From Selaginella moellendorffii (taxonomy: Eukaryota > Plantae > Lycopodiophyta): a DNA stretch of 64,000 bases. The translations under genes and the position numbers were made by a program. The DNA is taken from the NCBI RefSeq assembly GCF_000143415.4, contig NW_003314268.1:1534672-1598671 (forward strand), read 5' to 3'. How positions within the stretch are numbered: the stretch's first letter is position 1; every line of letters starts with the position of its first letter. The notes below the pieces were generated by a model. That model made no database searches, had not been told where the DNA came from, and saw nothing but the letters and a program-made list of their open reading frames with translations. This document shows positions 25,564-37,333 of this stretch, piece by piece.

Positions 25564-27624
25564 CACTAGAAGTTTTTAGTGCCTTAGAAAAATAACTTGT
25601 TAACAATATATAAGGCGTAGCTTCATCAAATCTTAGGCCTTGAAGAGACATAGTTGTTGGAAATTTTTTGTGGATGTTGCTCTCAGCCAATGCCTCACAG
25701 CTTGGGTCTTTGGTTAGACAAGAATTTAACACATGTCCAGTTGAGTTTAAAGGTGAAGCCGGATAGCGCCATCCGATGGGGGTGGGTTATAGGATGAAAG
25801 GATAGTTGAAGCTGCTGGCGAGCTATTGGAAGACTTCAAGGATTGAGATGCCTCTTGTGGATATAAAGGTTTCCCATTGTGTCATATTCAACACGTTCAA
25901 CCACAGGAAAGTGAATGAAGATTGGGTTCAACAGTTGATGTAGTCCATGCTCAAGAATCCACAAGTCCCGGACATTGGTGTTGTAATACCATATAAAAAT
26001 ATGGAGGGGAATGAGATCCACATTACTCACTGGTTTTATCGATGAACTGGAGCGCTCCAACGTGATAGTCTCCAGGCAACACTTACGCCTCCCAACGTGC
26101 CATAGAGTATCAAGGACAAGTTTCACTTCTGCATCGACTTCTTTTGAGAAGGTCATCACAATATCATCTACAGCAAACGCCAACAAAAGGGAGTGGTTCG
26201 AATCATACATCTGGGAGATGCTTAAACACACTTGTTTCCATTGGAAGAAGTTGGATTGTCCAAGGAAGCTCGGCACTGGAAAAGTAAAGAAGGGGATTGC
26301 TTTTCAGGTTAGTCCAATCATGATAACAGGAGATCTCTCGTACTAAATTCCTTTTTACTGCAGGACTTTGAAGAAAACCTTGAAAAAAGATTGCAATCTC
26401 ACTTGCTAGTAGATGATAGTGTATCACCCTTGGTTCAATGTCATCAAGGATTATGAGAGTGGAAACCTCTTCAACATACTTGGGAAGCAAGCTGGGAAAA
26501 AGGTTAACTCTTCCACAATCTTCAGTTAAGGGCTGAAAGAGATTTTTGGAAGGGTTTTAAATGTATAATAGGAGGTTTGGCATGATTGACCAACTTGAGA
26601 TATTATTTAATTTCTTATTGGGCATATTTATCCTTGTTTTGAGTTTGACTTGGGTCCCAGATGGAGTATTTAGAAAATAATGTCAAATTCCATTTTGGCC
26701 ATATTATTTTTGGCGTTTAAATGCTGGAAACTTTAATATTGATCCTATATTATTCTGTACTGTTATTACTTTGCTCATTGGTTGTATATTGAGAGTTAGT
26801 TAAACTTGAAACTTGAATCCCACTTTATTGCTTTTACTGAAGAGTTAGGTTTCACACTTTGGTTAACTTCTGATAATTTATTATAAAGTATAAAGTCAAA
26901 ACCACATGTGGTGCATTTAGTATTATAAGAATAGTCTCAGCAAATACTATTTAATACAGGGAGGGGATTTTGAGTGTATATTGGATGTTTATTTAGTAGT
27001 GCAATAAGATTGTACTTTGACTCCAAATTCATATATGCTATAGGAGTCTACTTCTCACTTTTATGTTTTTTTATTATAAATTTATATTAACAATATCTAT
27101 GCAAACTAAGTCTAACACCACTTAAGTTGCTTATTAGTGCTTAGTATTAAAAGGGGCGATGATATCATATATTTGTCATCTTTTGGTATTTGAAGTGTGT
27201 TTTTAATTTAAACATTTGTTGATGGGATTTGAACTCAAGAACTATTATCCATATGCATAAGCATATTGATTCTAAACTTAAATTAGGTTTTTGGATTAGT
27301 TTGAGGTTGGACCAAATTAGTTTTTAGAGATTCAGAACTTTTTATTTAAAGTTTTTAACACAATTTGTTTTTCTTTAATATGTTATTAGTAGTTTATTGT
27401 TTATCCTTCTCTTGATGACAAGCTCCTGACACTAATAACTTATATATATATGAAAATAACAACAACTTTTGTTTCAATGAAAACATGTGAGATAAATATT
27501 CTCTATATTTTCATAAGCATACATTTTTTTTTAATATAAGTTATTTAAATTGCAATAATAATCCTATACAAATAAACATACTAATCATTGCATATGGTTT
27601 GCTTAAGTTAATAGAAGTGTTATT

Positions 27625-27815
27625 TTATATATTAATCCAATTGATCAAATGGAAGTTTATAATTTTAAACATATTTACAATTTATAACACAAGATTAATC
27701 TTATTATATATCAACCGGTAGAATGAACTAGAATATACTAAAAGTAAGTTTATAGATTATAAACTTATTTATACATTAAAAATACAAAATTAATCTAAAT
27801 AAATAACAACCGTTA
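27625..27815 (-). repeat. AT-rich dispersed repeat (MITE-like), copy B
   Basis: Reverse complement of 10688-10875. Confidence 0.7.
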
Positions 27816-28874
27816 CTTGATAAAGTATCCCAAAATATCAAAATATATTCTATGATTAGTCTTTTTACATTGAAATGTATGCTGGAACATGGGAAGGATG
27901 ATTATTGAATAGCAGCATCTGGCAATCCAAAAGCTTTGGAGATCATGGTATGAGCAGAATCCCCAGCAGATGGAATGCAACCTGTGAGGCAAGCGCTTCA
28001 ACTCTTCCAATTGCAACACCCGAGCAGTATATTGTTCAAAGCGTTGACTTTTGATCCTACAAAAAGCTTCTTGGCTGATATCTTAATTGGCTACCTGCAA
28101 TCTGGGACGGTGTGTTCGATTCGATGCCTTGCCAAAGCCTGGTCTTATTCACCACGAGGCTTCTGGCATTTGCCGAGAAGGGGACTGAATCCCTGTTCTT
28201 TGCGATTGCTTCGAAGAAGGATGTAGTCTCCTAGACTGTGTGGCAAAACGCATCCGCTGGGAATATCAAGCTATATCTGCTGAGTCTGATGCCGCAGTGG
28301 GATGAAATCGCCTGGACGATCAGGCTACGGGCATCTGGATCGAGCAGGGTTTGTGGAGGCTTCGCAAGTTCTCAATTTCTGGCTGACCATGTTCGGCTTG
28401 CGACATCACTATCCCTTGACTATCAAGGGTGTGGAGCACCATCACCAGGAGGAGACAAAGAGCAAGGAGCTTCTGCAGGCAATTCCGGTGTACAAGAAGA
28501 TCCCACATCGTCGACTGCATCGACAATGGGTGGCCGGATGTTCACAAGCTGCTGCCTTATGATCCTTACGAGAAGGCTGGACAGATTTCAGTGACAGGTA
28601 GGTGAGACGAATGAGTTGGGGAGGTTTCTTGTTTTGCCGAGGATCTGTTCAACGCCCTCCGTGCTGGTTTCTCTCGCGGGCTGCTATCTGTGCCGCTATG
28701 GATTCAGCTGGCTACATTCTCCTGGCCAACATGTACATGGAAGGGTAGGTCAGATCGATGTTGTTGCCCCTCCGTCCGTGGAACACGATTCTCAGAGCAA
28801 ATGCCGAGTGTTATTTTCTGGACATGAATAAAGGTTTTTATATCTAAACAAATTTATTTTAAAATCTTTTTGTC

Positions 28875-30640
28875 TTAGAAGTTCCGCCTTGGCTTGAGTA
28901 TGACAGGCATGCCGTGCTTTGGGATCAGGGGTCCTGTAATGACTGGGTGGTGCCGGTAATTTGGAGACAATTTAACCTCGAATCTCTGAAGGATGTTAGC
29001 AATGATTACTTTGCACTGCACCTCAGAGAACGCCCTTCCAATGCAGGTTCGAACTCCATAGGCAAATGGCATGAACGCCATGGGATGCTTGGCTGCAGTT
29101 GCTGTACCATTCTTGAAGCGGGATGGGTTGAATTCATTTACATCATCTCCCCACAGCTCTCGGTCATGATGCAGCGCAACAACATTAACGCTCACCCCCA
29201 GTCCTTTGGGAATGAACACGTCCCCCAGCATAGTGTCTTTAATGCACACCCTTGTGATGAGCGGCATTGTGGGATACAGCCTCAATGTCTCTTGCAGAAT
29301 CATCTCAATCTGCACAAACAAGAACCATACAGCAAGCTCAGTTATGTGGATCAAAGGACAAATCTGATTAACTGGTTACCGTGGTTAGCTTGCTGACATC
29401 TTTGGGACTAACAACTTCTCCATCCAGAACTTGGTCAACTTCTTGTCTTGCCTTCTCTTGCCAACTGGGATGGAGAGCCAGCATCAACATTGTGAATGAG
29501 AGAAGTGGGGCCAAGCTGATAAACCCTGTAGCATAGAGTGTTTTCAACTCGGCAACAATCACGTCTTCTCTAACATCTGGCTTATCCAAGAGTTTCCCAA
29601 TAAAATCAACGTTATTGCCTTCTGTCGTCTTCTTTCTTTGCTCTCTCACTTGCTTACGAACAAGGTCATTTAGCTGTTTCCGTACTTTCCACCGCTCAAC
29701 GTTTATACCGAAGGGGATTAGCCTGCACCACAATATCTTCCGTAAGTCAGTACAGTTGATATGCTTTTTCCTTAAGCCACCTGTACCTGGCAAATGGTAA
29801 CCAGCTCCAGGTCTCTTGATCATCTTGCAGCTTGAGCAATGTGATGTTATACTTGAGAATGTTCTGAAAGTCATTGTTTTTCAACCCCAGTGTTGTCCTC
29901 GCTACAACATCCACATTCAAGCACATGAACTCAACTTGAACATCCAGCTCCCTCTCCACGTCTCCACTGTCCTTCACAAAGGCTTCCCATTTTGCCATGA
30001 CTTGGCTTGTTGCATTGTTCACAGCTCCAACCATTGCCTGTGCAATAGAGTTCAGTCAACCTTAGACTTTGATTTTGTTAATGCAGTATCACCTTGACTT
30101 CGTCAATGTAGTATCTGGGCGCTACAATTTGTCTCTGCCTGGCCCAAGCTTCTCCATTTGCATGGAAGAGGCCCTTATGAAAGATATCATCAGAAAAGAC
30201 TTTGATGAAGTGGGACTTGACGAAATCCTTGTGCTTCTTCATAAACAGATCCCATATCATCTTGGGCTCTGAGATCACAATCCGGGGCTCCCGCAGCCAC
30301 CAGTTCAAGTGTACGTTCCCTGAAAATCAAAGTGAATTTGAAAGCACACGAATAATGTTGTGAAATTAAATTGAAGCCCACCATAGAATTTGATGTTCTG
30401 TGCGGCCCAGGGAAGAACATGAGGCAGAATATCGTGGCTGATCTCCTTCATGTCAGGCTTCCCATACAAAACATCAAAGATGGGATTCGGAGGATTGGGT
30501 GAGCCTCGTATGCCTTGCTTCTCCATCACTGGACGGAGAGCACTGGCCACCCAATAGTAGCGCATGAGGAAGCTGCACACCATCCATAGAACAGACAATG
30601 CAAGCACGAGTGCGACAAGAAGAACCGAGATGACATCCAT
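28875..30640 (-). CDS. Cytochrome P450, CYP72 clan, 504 aa, intact
   Basis: Exons 30640-30382, 30319-30093, 30037-29787, 29722-29380, 29309-28875 give 1515 nt in frame (5-exon layout typical of the CYP72 clan). N-terminal TM, KQGIRG, HDILPHVLP, WARQR, WQEKARQEV, ETLRLYP, FNPSRF, heme motif FMPFAYGVRTCIG. Confidence 0.93.
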
Positions 30641-30681
30641 TATTGGTGAGGCAGAGCTGAGACGAGGGCCGTAGAGAATTT

Positions 30682-31279
30682 ATACACCAGCAAGTATTCA
30701 CAGAGCTGCCCCATGAGACGACCTTGAAAGCACGAGCCTAAGATCTTTGTGCTTGATAAGACTACTCAAGGCGGTTGTAGTTCAACAAGTGAAGTCTTTT
30801 ACAGGCAGTGTTCCTAGGCGCGAAACGACCATTACGGAAAGACACGGCTCAGAGTGACAATAACAGCGACGGGCATGCTGCAAAAGCTACTCCTTTATTT
30901 GTCCTTACACAGATTCTCCTTCAAGAAACATCCTTCCTGGTTGAAGACTGTCTGGCGGGGAGGAACGTTTTTGAATCAGTACGGACTGTTTTCATGCAGC
31001 ACCTGTTTACGAATTACACGCCATGACTTTCGATCACTCACTTTATTACGGACCACCCATTCGGGTCGAGATGGCGACCCGAATGGCTGGCTATAGGACG
31101 ATCTATCCGGTGACCATGGATTCGGGCTTGACGTGTCTGAAAGTTCCCAAACACTATGATGGACGTTGTTTCACTCTGGTCTCGAAGATCTTGCAAGATA
31201 CACCAGCAAGTATTCACAGAGCTGCCCACGAGACCAGCCAGTCATAGAGAATGAGACCTTAAAAGCACTAGCCTAGAGA
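30682..31279 (+). repeat. Duplicated ~60-80 bp element in the P450/CCR divergent promoter (30682-30743 and 31198-31279)
   Basis: ATACACCAGCAAGTATTCACAGAGCTGCCC..GAGAC..GACCTT.AAAGCAC.AGCCTA occurs twice. Confidence 0.85.
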
Positions 31280-31531
31280 GATTCCGGGTCCTCCCATGGT
31301 CCGGGTCGACCCCCGATTCTGTCAGGCCCCCTCCAAAGCTCAGCTAAATCTTCTTGCGCCTTTTTTATTTGACCTTCCAAGTTACAGGAGTAGAAACAAC
31401 GTATCCGAGTGTATCTGATCTCCCACCACGTTTGGCCTTCACGAAACACTCCAGGAACGTCCTTCAAAGACTGACCCAAATTTTCAGGTCTTATAAATAG
31501 AAATGTTGAGAGTAAACACCAGAAGTGAGGG

Positions 31532-32521
31532 ATGATGGCTCAGTTGCGAGGGATGATGGTTTGTGTCACTGGAGCATCGGGTTTCATTGGATCCTGGATT
31601 GTCAAATACCTCCTTGACAAAGGCTATACTGTACGTGGAGCAGTCCGAGATCCAGAGGATTTGCACAAGGTGGAACACCTCAAAAATCTCAAGGGGGCCA
31701 ACCAGAGGCTGGAGCTCGTAAAAGCTGATTTGCTCGACAATAGCCTAGTCGCGGCAACTGCAGGTTGCCAAGTTGTGATCCACACGGCATGCCGCTGTCC
31801 AGAGGCGAATTTCCGAATCACTAATCCGCAGACCGAGCTGATCGAGCCTTCAGTGAAAGGCACACTCAACGTCCTGAAAGCCAGCTTCAGTTCTGGAGTT
31901 TCCACTGTTGTGATGACGTCCTCGGTGGGTGCCATGTATTTGGATCCAACTCGGCCTCTGGAGCAGACAGTGGATGAATCATGCTGGAGCGATGTGGAGT
32001 ACCTTGTCCAGATCAAGGAGTGGTACTGCCTGGCGAAGACTCTGGCTGAAAAATCCGCATGGGAGTTCGCTGCTGCCCAAGGCAATGGTATCAAACTGAT
32101 TGTGATCAACCCAGGAGTCGTGATGGGTCCAGTTCTTCAGGCCAAGCTGAATGCGAGCAGCACCCACATTCTCAAGTATCTGACCGGATGCGTGAAGAGC
32201 TACGCAAATCGCTGCCAGGCATATGTGGACGTGAGGGATGTGGCACTGGCTCATGTTGCGGCTTTCGAAGATCCAAAAGCATTTGGGAGGTATTTTCTGG
32301 CAGAGAGATCGATCCACAGGGCGAGGCTTGTGGAAATGCTGGCAGAGCTGTACCCGCAGCTCCCAGTTCCTAAAATCTGCTCGGACACCAAAAATCCTGA
32401 AGCCGTTCCACACAAGATATGCAATGCCAAAGCCCGTCAATTGCTGGAATCAGAGCTGATAAACATTGGGAAGTGTCTGTTTGATTCAGTGGAGAGCTTC
32501 AAAGAGAAGGGATTTCTGTAA
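31532..32521 (+). CDS. Cinnamoyl-CoA reductase-clade NADPH-dependent reductase (extended SDR), intronless, 329 aa
   Basis: VCVTGASGFIGSWIV, TSSVGAMY, DESCWSD, EWYCLAK (YxxxK), NASSTHILKYLTG..KSYAN..QAYVDVRDVALAH; TATA box at about 31492. Confidence 0.92.
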   Translation: MMAQLRGMMVCVTGASGFIGSWIVKYLLDKGYTVRGAVRDPEDLHKVEHLKNLKGANQRLELVKADLLDNSLVAATAGCQVVIHTACRCPEANFRITNPQTELIEPSVKGTLNVLKASFSSGVSTVVMTSSVGAMYLDPTRPLEQTVDESCWSDVEYLVQIKEWYCLAKTLAEKSAWEFAAAQGNGIKLIVINPGVVMGPVLQAKLNASSTHILKYLTGCVKSYANRCQAYVDVRDVALAHVAAFEDPKAFGRYFLAERSIHRARLVEMLAELYPQLPVPKICSDTKNPEAVPHKICNAKARQLLESELINIGKCLFDSVESFKEKGFL

Positions 32522-32958
32522 GCAATTGAATAATAATATAAAATAAATGTTTTAATTCAATGAATTTGAAACAAGTTATTGAAAAAAAAATTAGACTACA
32601 AATAAATTCAGTATTTATTTATTTATTTAAGAAAAAAAAAAAAGACTTCAAAAAGTTGTCTCATACTTAAGTCTTTGGATTTGGACTTGTCCATGGATCG
32701 ATTTCAAAGTAGAACTTCCGAAACAGAAACAGAAGATTCAACAATTGTCTGGAAATGCAAACAATGTGTGGTATGTCACCTTCTGTGATGGAAGAGTCTC
32801 ATGGTTCCACTGGTCAAAATCTAGTTCTCTATCGCTATAAAAAGCGTAGAATTTGCTCACTTGTTTGTAGAGCTCCATTTGATTTTATAGTGCTCCCTGA
32901 AAGTTTCACAATCCACCTGTGGCACGCTGTTTCATCTTCACCATTCACCTCGGATTTC

Positions 32959-34098
32959 ATGGCTGCGTTTGCTCCTGGTGAAGAGCTCGTCCTCTATGCT
33001 ACTATCCCCCTCGCTCTCAATGCGGTGGTGAAGCTGGGAGCCTTGGACGAGATAGCAGATTCGGTCCTCTCTGCTTCTGAGATTGTTTCCCGGATTACAA
33101 ACAACCCATCTGCGAATGTTGCGTTTCTGGACAGAACTCTCCGAGTTCTGGCAACTTACGGGGTTGTGAACGAGACCGTTGTGCAGGGGGAGCGCAAGTA
33201 TGGGCTCTCCGAGATAGGCAAGCGTTTTTCTCCAGGAACGAAATTGGCAGCGCGTGGTTTGAGTGTCATGTGCAATCACCGGATCTTCCTCAAGCCTTTC
33301 GAGCATCTTGCCGAAGGCATTCTTGATGGTGGCGAGCCATTCCGCAAAGCCCACGGCAAAACCGCATACGAGCTTGTCGCTGAGGAGCCGGAATTCAACA
33401 ACAGCTTCAACCTCTGCATGGCCGATCATTCCAAGAGGTCCAGTGCTGTGCTGCTGGATTGCTACAAGGGGTTTGCAAGCATCAAAACTCTGGTCGATGT
33501 TGGTGGCGGGAATGGAGCATTGCTGTGTGACATTCGAACTCGCTATCCGCATATCAAAGGCATAAATTTCGATCAGCCCCATGTTGTTTCTCAGGGAATT
33601 GCATCTGAAGGTATCCTCTCACAGATTTTTCATGCTCGATCATTCAAGCACTCTTTGTTTACTTCTTCCAGGAGTGGAGCATGCTGGTGGCGACATGTTC
33701 GGATCAATTCCCCAAGGAGATTCAATCATGTTGAAGGTAAAGGATCCAGAAACAAATTCTCCTTGCCAATCTGTTGTTTCATTCCTTTCTAGTGGATTCT
33801 CCACAACTGGAACGACGAACAGTGCCTGAAGATCCTGCAAAACTGCTACAAATCCCTTCCTGCTCAGGGAGGGAAAGTCATTGTCGTGGAAGTTTTACTA
33901 CCTTCTGAAGCTTATCAAGCTGCCAGTGAGTTTGAGCTGCGAATCGGACTGCTCCTAGATCTTGTCATGATGGTTAATTTCAACGGCAAGGAGCGGACCT
34001 TTGAAGAGTACCAGGCGCTCGCCGAACAAGCTGGTTTCAACAAAGTGCATCTTGTCAACGTCTCCAATGGACTAGCAATTCTGGAGTTTCACAAGTAG
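32959..34098 (+). CDS. SAM-dependent O-methyltransferase (COMT-like), 340 aa
   Basis: Exons 32959-33610, 33672-33736, 33793-34098 give 1023 nt in frame. Dimerisation domain LDRTLRVLA; LVDVGGGNG, INFDQPHVV, GGDMF, KWILHNW, GKERT; TATAAAA at about 32835. Confidence 0.92.
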
Positions 34099-35559
34099 CA
34101 AAACAGGTCACTTTTGGCTGTCACCGTAACACAATGAAATTGTTTTTAACTTTTGATGTCGAATCATTCATTCATTTATATATGCCCACCATGAAACATG
34201 AAATCAAAAGATTTAGAAATGTTATTTTGAAGAAGATTGCCAATGTAGTCCATGTCTTCCCAAATCCATATAGAAGACAAGAGGACTATACAGTCATGAT
34301 TATAAGCACCATTAAATTTAAGCTGTGTTTAAGCTCAATGTCAATTTCCTAGTGGGAGAATATACTTTAGGATGGTTTTGCTCAGCTCAACAATTTATGT
34401 GCCAGTCAGTATTGGAAAGTAGCATTCATTCATATTCTGTTTACATGGCCTCATGGCACCCCCCCAAGAAGATGTGACCTAGGGATTTAAATAAGCTGCA
34501 TAAATGATTGTCTCCATAGTAGATGTTTTCTGTTGTCTCCACCTAAAGTCACCCACTTAGTCTCTTGTGCTTTTAGCCTGTGACTCACTGTTGCCCTTTG
34601 GGTAATTGTTCATGTAGTGGTCACAAGTGTATACATCATGTCTATTAGAAGGGCTTGGGCTTCTATCTCTACACAATTGCATTGCCTATTTTGTATTGCC
34701 AAGGATGACATGAAGGTTAGAGCCCAAGGGGATAAATGGTTTTGGATTTGGTCTTGGATTCAATTTTAAACTTGTTCTAAGACTCATTATTAGACTTGGT
34801 TTCATCTTATTCAAAATTTTTATTGTTTTGATTGTGATTTCAAAATCCTAAGCCTTGTAAGCCTTGAGTCTAAACACAAGCTTTATGTTGCTCTAATTGG
34901 TGAGGTACCCTCTTCTTCGTGTTAGGCCACTAGCATATCAAAATTGTGCCAGACACTGTCTGACATCATTTTGCATACAAGTGTTAGATACAGAGAATTG
35001 GTGCTCATATGATTAAAAGTGTATGGGACCCTTATTTCGTAGCACAATAGGCTTAGAGTTCGGCTCCAAATTTATGTGTGTTACATTTGGTATTAGAGGA
35101 ATTGTCATAACGATTCCTATCCAACTTATGTCGGAATTTTTGACTCAAGTTGCATATACAGAGACTTTTTTAGTAGATTTGAAGCGATATGTGTAAGATT
35201 AATTGGATTCCACCATTCGGTAATATGTTATATGTATGTTCAGTTATTGAAAGAGGCATGCATGTAGCTGGCGAGATGGTGAAAAAGAGCCATATTGATG
35301 ACATTGAAACCTCTAGACGGGAGAATCAACAGGAAGAAACTTTTGCTAAAGATGCTGTAGAAGAGGTTGAGACCGAGTCAAGAAGAAGAAGAGCTCGATG
35401 CTATGGCACTACAACATATGACTCAAGATATTGAAATTGAAAATTTATGAAAGGAAATTCACAAATTGAAGGAGAACAAAAAGAAAAAGAAGAAACCTAA
35501 GATAGCTAAACCAACTAAACCTAAACAACTAAACTTCTTTTCAAATTTTGAGGATGATG

Positions 35560-36070
35560 AAGTTTTGCAATTGCCCCCAGTTGCACACATTTCAAAGTTC
35601 AATCTTCTGAAACCACTTAATTTCAGAGGCATACTGGACTATCAGGTTTTGGAAAATTAGGTTTATGATATGGAAAAGCATTTCATACTGACAAACATAG
35701 ATGATTGTACAAAAGTTGCATGCACATACTCCTTTCTCACCAATCATGCCAAAACTTGGTGGCACTAGATGTGTGCTGAGAAAGGGTAGACTAGATGTTG
35801 GACTAAGATGCAATTTTATATCCGTGAGGAATATTTGACGGATGATCTTGATGTGAGACTTCACGCAAAGCTGTGGCAGTTAAAGCAGCATGGAGACCTT
35901 ATGCATTACATTAATGTGTTTGCTCGGAAGTGCATTATGATTACAAATATAAGTGACGAAGATGCTTAAAGTTACTTCCTGAAAAGTTTGAGTTCACTTT
36001 TTCACAATAGGATTTAGAAGTTTAATTTGAAGACATACTTGGAGTGTAAAGAGGCAGCACAATAAGTTGC
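35560..36070 (+). mobile_element. Ty3/gypsy gag remnant
   Basis: PLNFRGILDYQVLEN*VYDMEKHF...TKVACTYSFLTNHAKTWW...LWQLKQHGDLMHYINVF, with stops. Confidence 0.7.
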
Positions 36071-36870
36071 TTTTAGTCACTCGCTCATGAAATAGTATCA
36101 GCAGCCATATGCTGGTATTTTAGACAAGAATAAGAACTCTGGGAATAAATAAAATGAAATATAAGGGGTGGAATGAAAGTTTTGCCCTGGAAGCTCACAA
36201 GCATGTAAGCCACAAATTTTTTTTTCTAATTTGCCAGCTTACCTTGTTTATCTGACTAATAGTACCTTGGCTTTAGTTAAGTTCCCTTGCCAAGGTTCTT
36301 GCCTATTGTACCAACTCTTACTTGGTCCTACTTGGTTTTAGCTACTCATTACACAAGCAACAGAGCATTAGCCATCCATCTACGGATTCCTAAATTTCTC
36401 TCAATCCCCCTCCCCAGGTTAGATTGGACTTAAGGTTCGGTTACACTCCCCGCAGGCACAAGCAACCAAGCACACCAAGCCTCTAGGTTCCTAACATCCC
36501 TTGGCATAACAAGACTTGATCATGGGATCCTTTAAATCCTAAGCCTTGGGTGTAACACTTGCTTCGGGACGCTAGGGCAAAACACCGTAGCATGAGCCGT
36601 AAGATACTCAAGTGGGGCACCACTCCATATGAGCTGGGAGCACCAAAGTCGGTTTCCCTTCCAAGAGTGGGAGTTGCTCTTGAGCACTTCCTTGGGTAGC
36701 ACCTCTAGCACCACCCAAGTCCATGCTCACTCCCACCCAAGGCCCCTCGGTCCCAATCTCAACCTCAAGTCAGTTTAGAAGCACCATTGGAGAGTTCCTT
36801 CAAAATTAGTTCCTGGACCTCACTATCCATACTATACTTTTAGGCTTTCACCCTTTGACCTGTATTAGTA

Positions 36871-37104
36871 CTTGGACTCGGTCTCGGATTTGATCTCGAA
36901 CCTATTTTCGGACTCGGTCTTGAACTCGATCTCGGACTCAACCTCGAACCCAATCTCAGACTCGACCTCAAACTCGACCTTGGACTCAATCTCAGACCCG
37001 ATCTCGGATCTCAGACTCAGTCTTGGAGTCAACCTCGGACTCGATCCCAGACTCTATCTTGAACTTGGTCTCAGAATCGGTTTTGGACTCGATCTTAAAC
37101 TCTG
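36871..37104 (+). repeat. Degenerate 6/12-bp-period minisatellite (GACTCG/ATCTCG)
   Basis: Repeated GGACTCGATCTC-like units over ~230 bp; these generate the spurious SDS-rich ORF 36872-37117. Confidence 0.8.
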
Positions 37105-37333
37105 TCCCATCCAATGAACTCTTTATCATTTTAGTTGTGCTTTTGGGAATCTTTTAGCTTATGACATCTTGGGGAGTTGATTCCTTACAAAGCAATGGTT
37201 AACAAAAGTGGTGGTTGGTGACCACTAGTGGTTTCTTTTGGTCTTAAGCCCTTTATTCTTCCTCCTGGTGGGTACAAGCAACAATAACCTATGAAACCTA
37301 CTCCTAGCGGAATGTCAATAGTACAGTTGTAGT

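Noticed and set aside
25836-28830. Possible terpene synthase or polyketide synthase scaffold gene for the cluster
   Set aside because: I found no DDxxD/NSE or chalcone-synthase catalytic motifs in the listed ORFs; no scaffold enzyme is identifiable in this window.
28875-34098. Identity with the known Selaginella F5H-COMT locus
   Set aside because: The P450 has CYP72-clan sequence and exon structure, and its divergent partner is a reductase rather than the OMT.
36871-37104. Regular short repeats considered as a CRISPR-like array or a Ser/Asp-repeat protein
   Set aside because: There are no unique spacers, the period is a degenerate 6/12 bp and the context is eukaryotic; it is a minisatellite.
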